From: Puniceicoccales bacterium
Lineage (GTDB): Bacteria > Verrucomicrobiota > Verrucomicrobiia > Opitutales > JAIRKQ01
Direction of reading: 5' to 3'
Length of the DNA stretch: 60,501 bases
NCBI GenBank assembly: GCA_031279395.1
Contig: JAITIO010000009.1
Coordinates: 1 to 60,501, forward strand
Below, piece after piece: positions 59,213 to 60,501 of this stretch. Position 1 is the stretch's first letter, and every line of letters starts with the position of its first letter. The position numbers and the translations under genes are program-made. The notes beneath the pieces are model-generated. The model did no database searches. It was not told the origin of the DNA and was given only the letters and a program-made list of their open reading frames with translations.

Positions 59213-59653
59213 ATGCAGGTTACAACATCAGATGGAAAAACGTTTGGTGATTTTGAAAAGGTTCAAGAGGTGGCTAAGAAACTTCGAGATACAGAAATCG
59301 TGAAAAAATCAGTTGCCAGACAGGACAGTAGCAGTGTTATGTATAATGGTAGTCGCATATCGGTTGACGATCAGGCTGCATTATCGGCACAAATCCCAAG
59401 TGTACTAAACACCATGAGGGTACAGAGTCGGGATGGAGAAGTTTATTCTAAAAGCCCTGGATTTGAGAAAGAGTTCGTTGAATGTTTGAATTTCCTTTTG
59501 GCCTGGTTAGGAAGTATAAAGTCATCGGCAGGAGTCAATGCGTTGCTCATGAGAAATGCTCTTGACTGGTTAATGTCGACAATGGAGGTATCTTCAGCCG
59601 ATGCTGATTTGGAGAGTATAAAAAGTATAATCAGAAATTTTCAAAGGAGATAA
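59213..59653 (+). CDS. Hypothetical protein (146 aa)
   Basis: ORF with an ATG start and no recognised domain. The C-terminus ..ADADLESIKSIIRNFQRR is faintly reminiscent of T3SS needle-protein termini (..IIQNFR). Confidence 0.5.
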   Translation: MQVTTSDGKTFGDFEKVQEVAKKLRDTEIVKKSVARQDSSSVMYNGSRISVDDQAALSAQIPSVLNTMRVQSRDGEVYSKSPGFEKEFVECLNFLLAWLGSIKSSAGVNALLMRNALDWLMSTMEVSSADADLESIKSIIRNFQRR

Positions 59654-59655
59654 AA

Positions 59656-59847
59656 ATGGCAGCAGCACCAATACCAGTTCTGGCAGACCCAATCGCACTC
59701 ATTAATGCCAATGCCACTCCACTCCCTGGTTTTGCTAGGGACGGAGTTACGGCAGTTGCATACGGTCGAGTCCAATATAATGGGGGGTATACAGGCAGCA
59801 GATGTGCCGCCTCCAGAGTAGTTGGATATAGTTCCGAAGGTAGTTAA
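59656..59847 (+). CDS. Hypothetical small protein (63 aa), possibly the 5' part of a frameshifted gene continuing in 59822..60262
   Basis: The ATG lies 2 nt after the previous stop. GC content rises sharply here. It overlaps the next ORF by 26 nt in a different frame. Confidence 0.35.
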   Translation: MAAAPIPVLADPIALINANATPLPGFARDGVTAVAYGRVQYNGGYTGSRCAASRVVGYSSEGS

Positions 59848-60262
59848 AAAAGTAGCAAAAGAACGAGAGGCGGCCCATGCTGCAGCTCAGTTTCCTCTTG
59901 TAGCTCCTCGGCAGATAGCTCCAGTGAGAGCACCGGTTTCAGTGGTAGATCCAGATGCAACGACGGTGTCGGCAATGGTAACAGCGGCAAAGGTAGCGGC
60001 GGTAGTACCAGCGCTAGGAGGGGTAGTGGTGCCAGCAGGAGTAACGGTAGCAGGGGTGGTGTCGGCAGCGGCAAATGCAGTAGCAGGGGTAGCAGCAGCA
60101 ACAGCAGCAGATGTGGTAACGGTGGCGGAAGCAGCAGCGAGCGTGTTGAATCCACGGTTGCCAGCACTAGCACCGGCAGGAGGACTACCGCTAGCACCAG
60201 GAACTTTGCAAAATCTTTTGAGTAATGGGGAATGGGGAAATGCGCTCATAGGGCTTGTATAA
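59822..60262 (+). CDS. Ala/Val/Gly-rich hypothetical protein in a GC-rich cassette
   Basis: Most codons in this frame are GNN (gca/gcg/gta/gtg/ggg), which favours the + frame over the two long minus-strand ORFs. The TTG start directly follows an in-frame TAG, so the true start is uncertain. Confidence 0.4.
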   Translation: MDIVPKVVKKVAKEREAAHAAAQFPLVAPRQIAPVRAPVSVVDPDATTVSAMVTAAKVAAVVPALGGVVVPAGVTVAGVVSAAANAVAGVAAATAADVVTVAEAAASVLNPRLPALAPAGGLPLAPGTLQNLLSNGEWGNALIGLV

Positions 60263-60316
60263 GACATTCGGACTCCCATTCCAGAAACCGGGGTTCGATT
60301 CCCCGTGGGGGTGCCA
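60242..60316 (+). pseudogene. tRNA-like element: intact T arm, 3' acceptor and CCA with a Gly(CCC)-like anticodon loop, but a non-folding 5' half
   Basis: CGGGG-TTCGATT-CCCCG T arm, then TGGGGGT-G-CCA. The loop CTCCCAT sits on a weak stem. The 5' strand GCGCTCA pairs with one G-G mismatch. The D arm (GGGC/GACA) does not pair and overlaps the last 21 nt of the preceding ORF. Confidence 0.4.
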
Positions 60317-60501
60317 GCTGCGGAAACAGCTTAAATACAGGCTTTGTGAAGGATGGGCGGAATACAAAACGAGACGTCAGAAAAAAATCTATTGCCAAAT
60401 TATTGCCAAAAAATTGTTTTTCCAAAAAGGGATTCAAAAATGTTTCAGAAAGATTTTAGAAAGCCAAAGAAGTTTTTAAAAAACTAGAAAAATCGAAGAA
60501 A

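Larger units (their letters stand above)
55867..60316 (+). mobile_element. Degraded integrative element (satellite or island-like) downstream of tRNA-Cys; the right boundary is uncertain
   Basis: Starts directly 3' of a tRNA. All genes are co-oriented, with ATGA start/stop overlaps. Content: three excisionase-type HTH modules, a Toprim primase (pseudogene), an AAA_25-like helicase and three unknown ORFs, ending at a tRNA-like 3' half. No integrase lies within the window. Confidence 0.55.

Noticed and set aside
59844-60279. Long minus-strand ORFs 59844..60197 (Leu/Pro-rich) and 59887..60279 (Ala/Thr-rich)
   Set aside because: They are products of the GC-rich, low-complexity segment. The plus frame has the strong GNN (RNY-like) codon periodicity expected of the true coding frame, while the minus frames begin codons mostly with pyrimidines.

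Overview
AT-rich bacterial chromosomal segment using the standard code (TGA terminates several clear genes). The backbone is housekeeping. It includes the tRNA-Thr/tuf/tRNA-Trp/secE/nusG/rplK-A-J-L/rpoB/rpoC block (31.0-43.6 kb, minus strand), clpX, tig, glyQS, nusB, rsmI, rsmE, recA, lepA, sufC-sufB, folE-folP-folB-folK, and envelope and transport genes. EF-Tu has KGGTVRD..KTVTIA where most bacteria have PEEKARGITI; from memory I associate this with Planctomycetes-like/PVC lineages, and I could not search it. Host-interaction-type genes sit between the housekeeping genes: two separated injectisome (T3SS) mini-loci (sctD with small flanking genes at 11.8-13.9 kb; chaperone plus sctC at 18.7-21.0 kb), an orphan GspE/PilB ATPase, an orphan FliO-like gene and a frameshifted autotransporter with higher GC than its surroundings. 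The most unusual items are four. (1) A large protein of unknown function occurs as two diverged paralogs in inverted orientation 42 kb apart. One (1..1544, minus strand) is missing from the ORF track because it runs off the window edge, and it carries an in-frame 66-bp tandem repeat. (2) The ~240 nt upstream of both paralogs is non-coding yet conserved at least as well as the ORF starts. (3) A decaying integrative element lies downstream of tRNA-Cys. Its excisionase-like and primase genes are pseudogenes, its helicase is intact, and no integrase is visible. (4) That element ends in a sharply GC-rich cassette of unknown Ala/Val/Gly-rich ORFs that abuts a tRNA-like 3' half. The several pseudogenes and a ~1 kb gene-free stretch with toxin-antitoxin-like remnants suggest ongoing reductive evolution. 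No rRNA genes or CRISPR arrays were seen.
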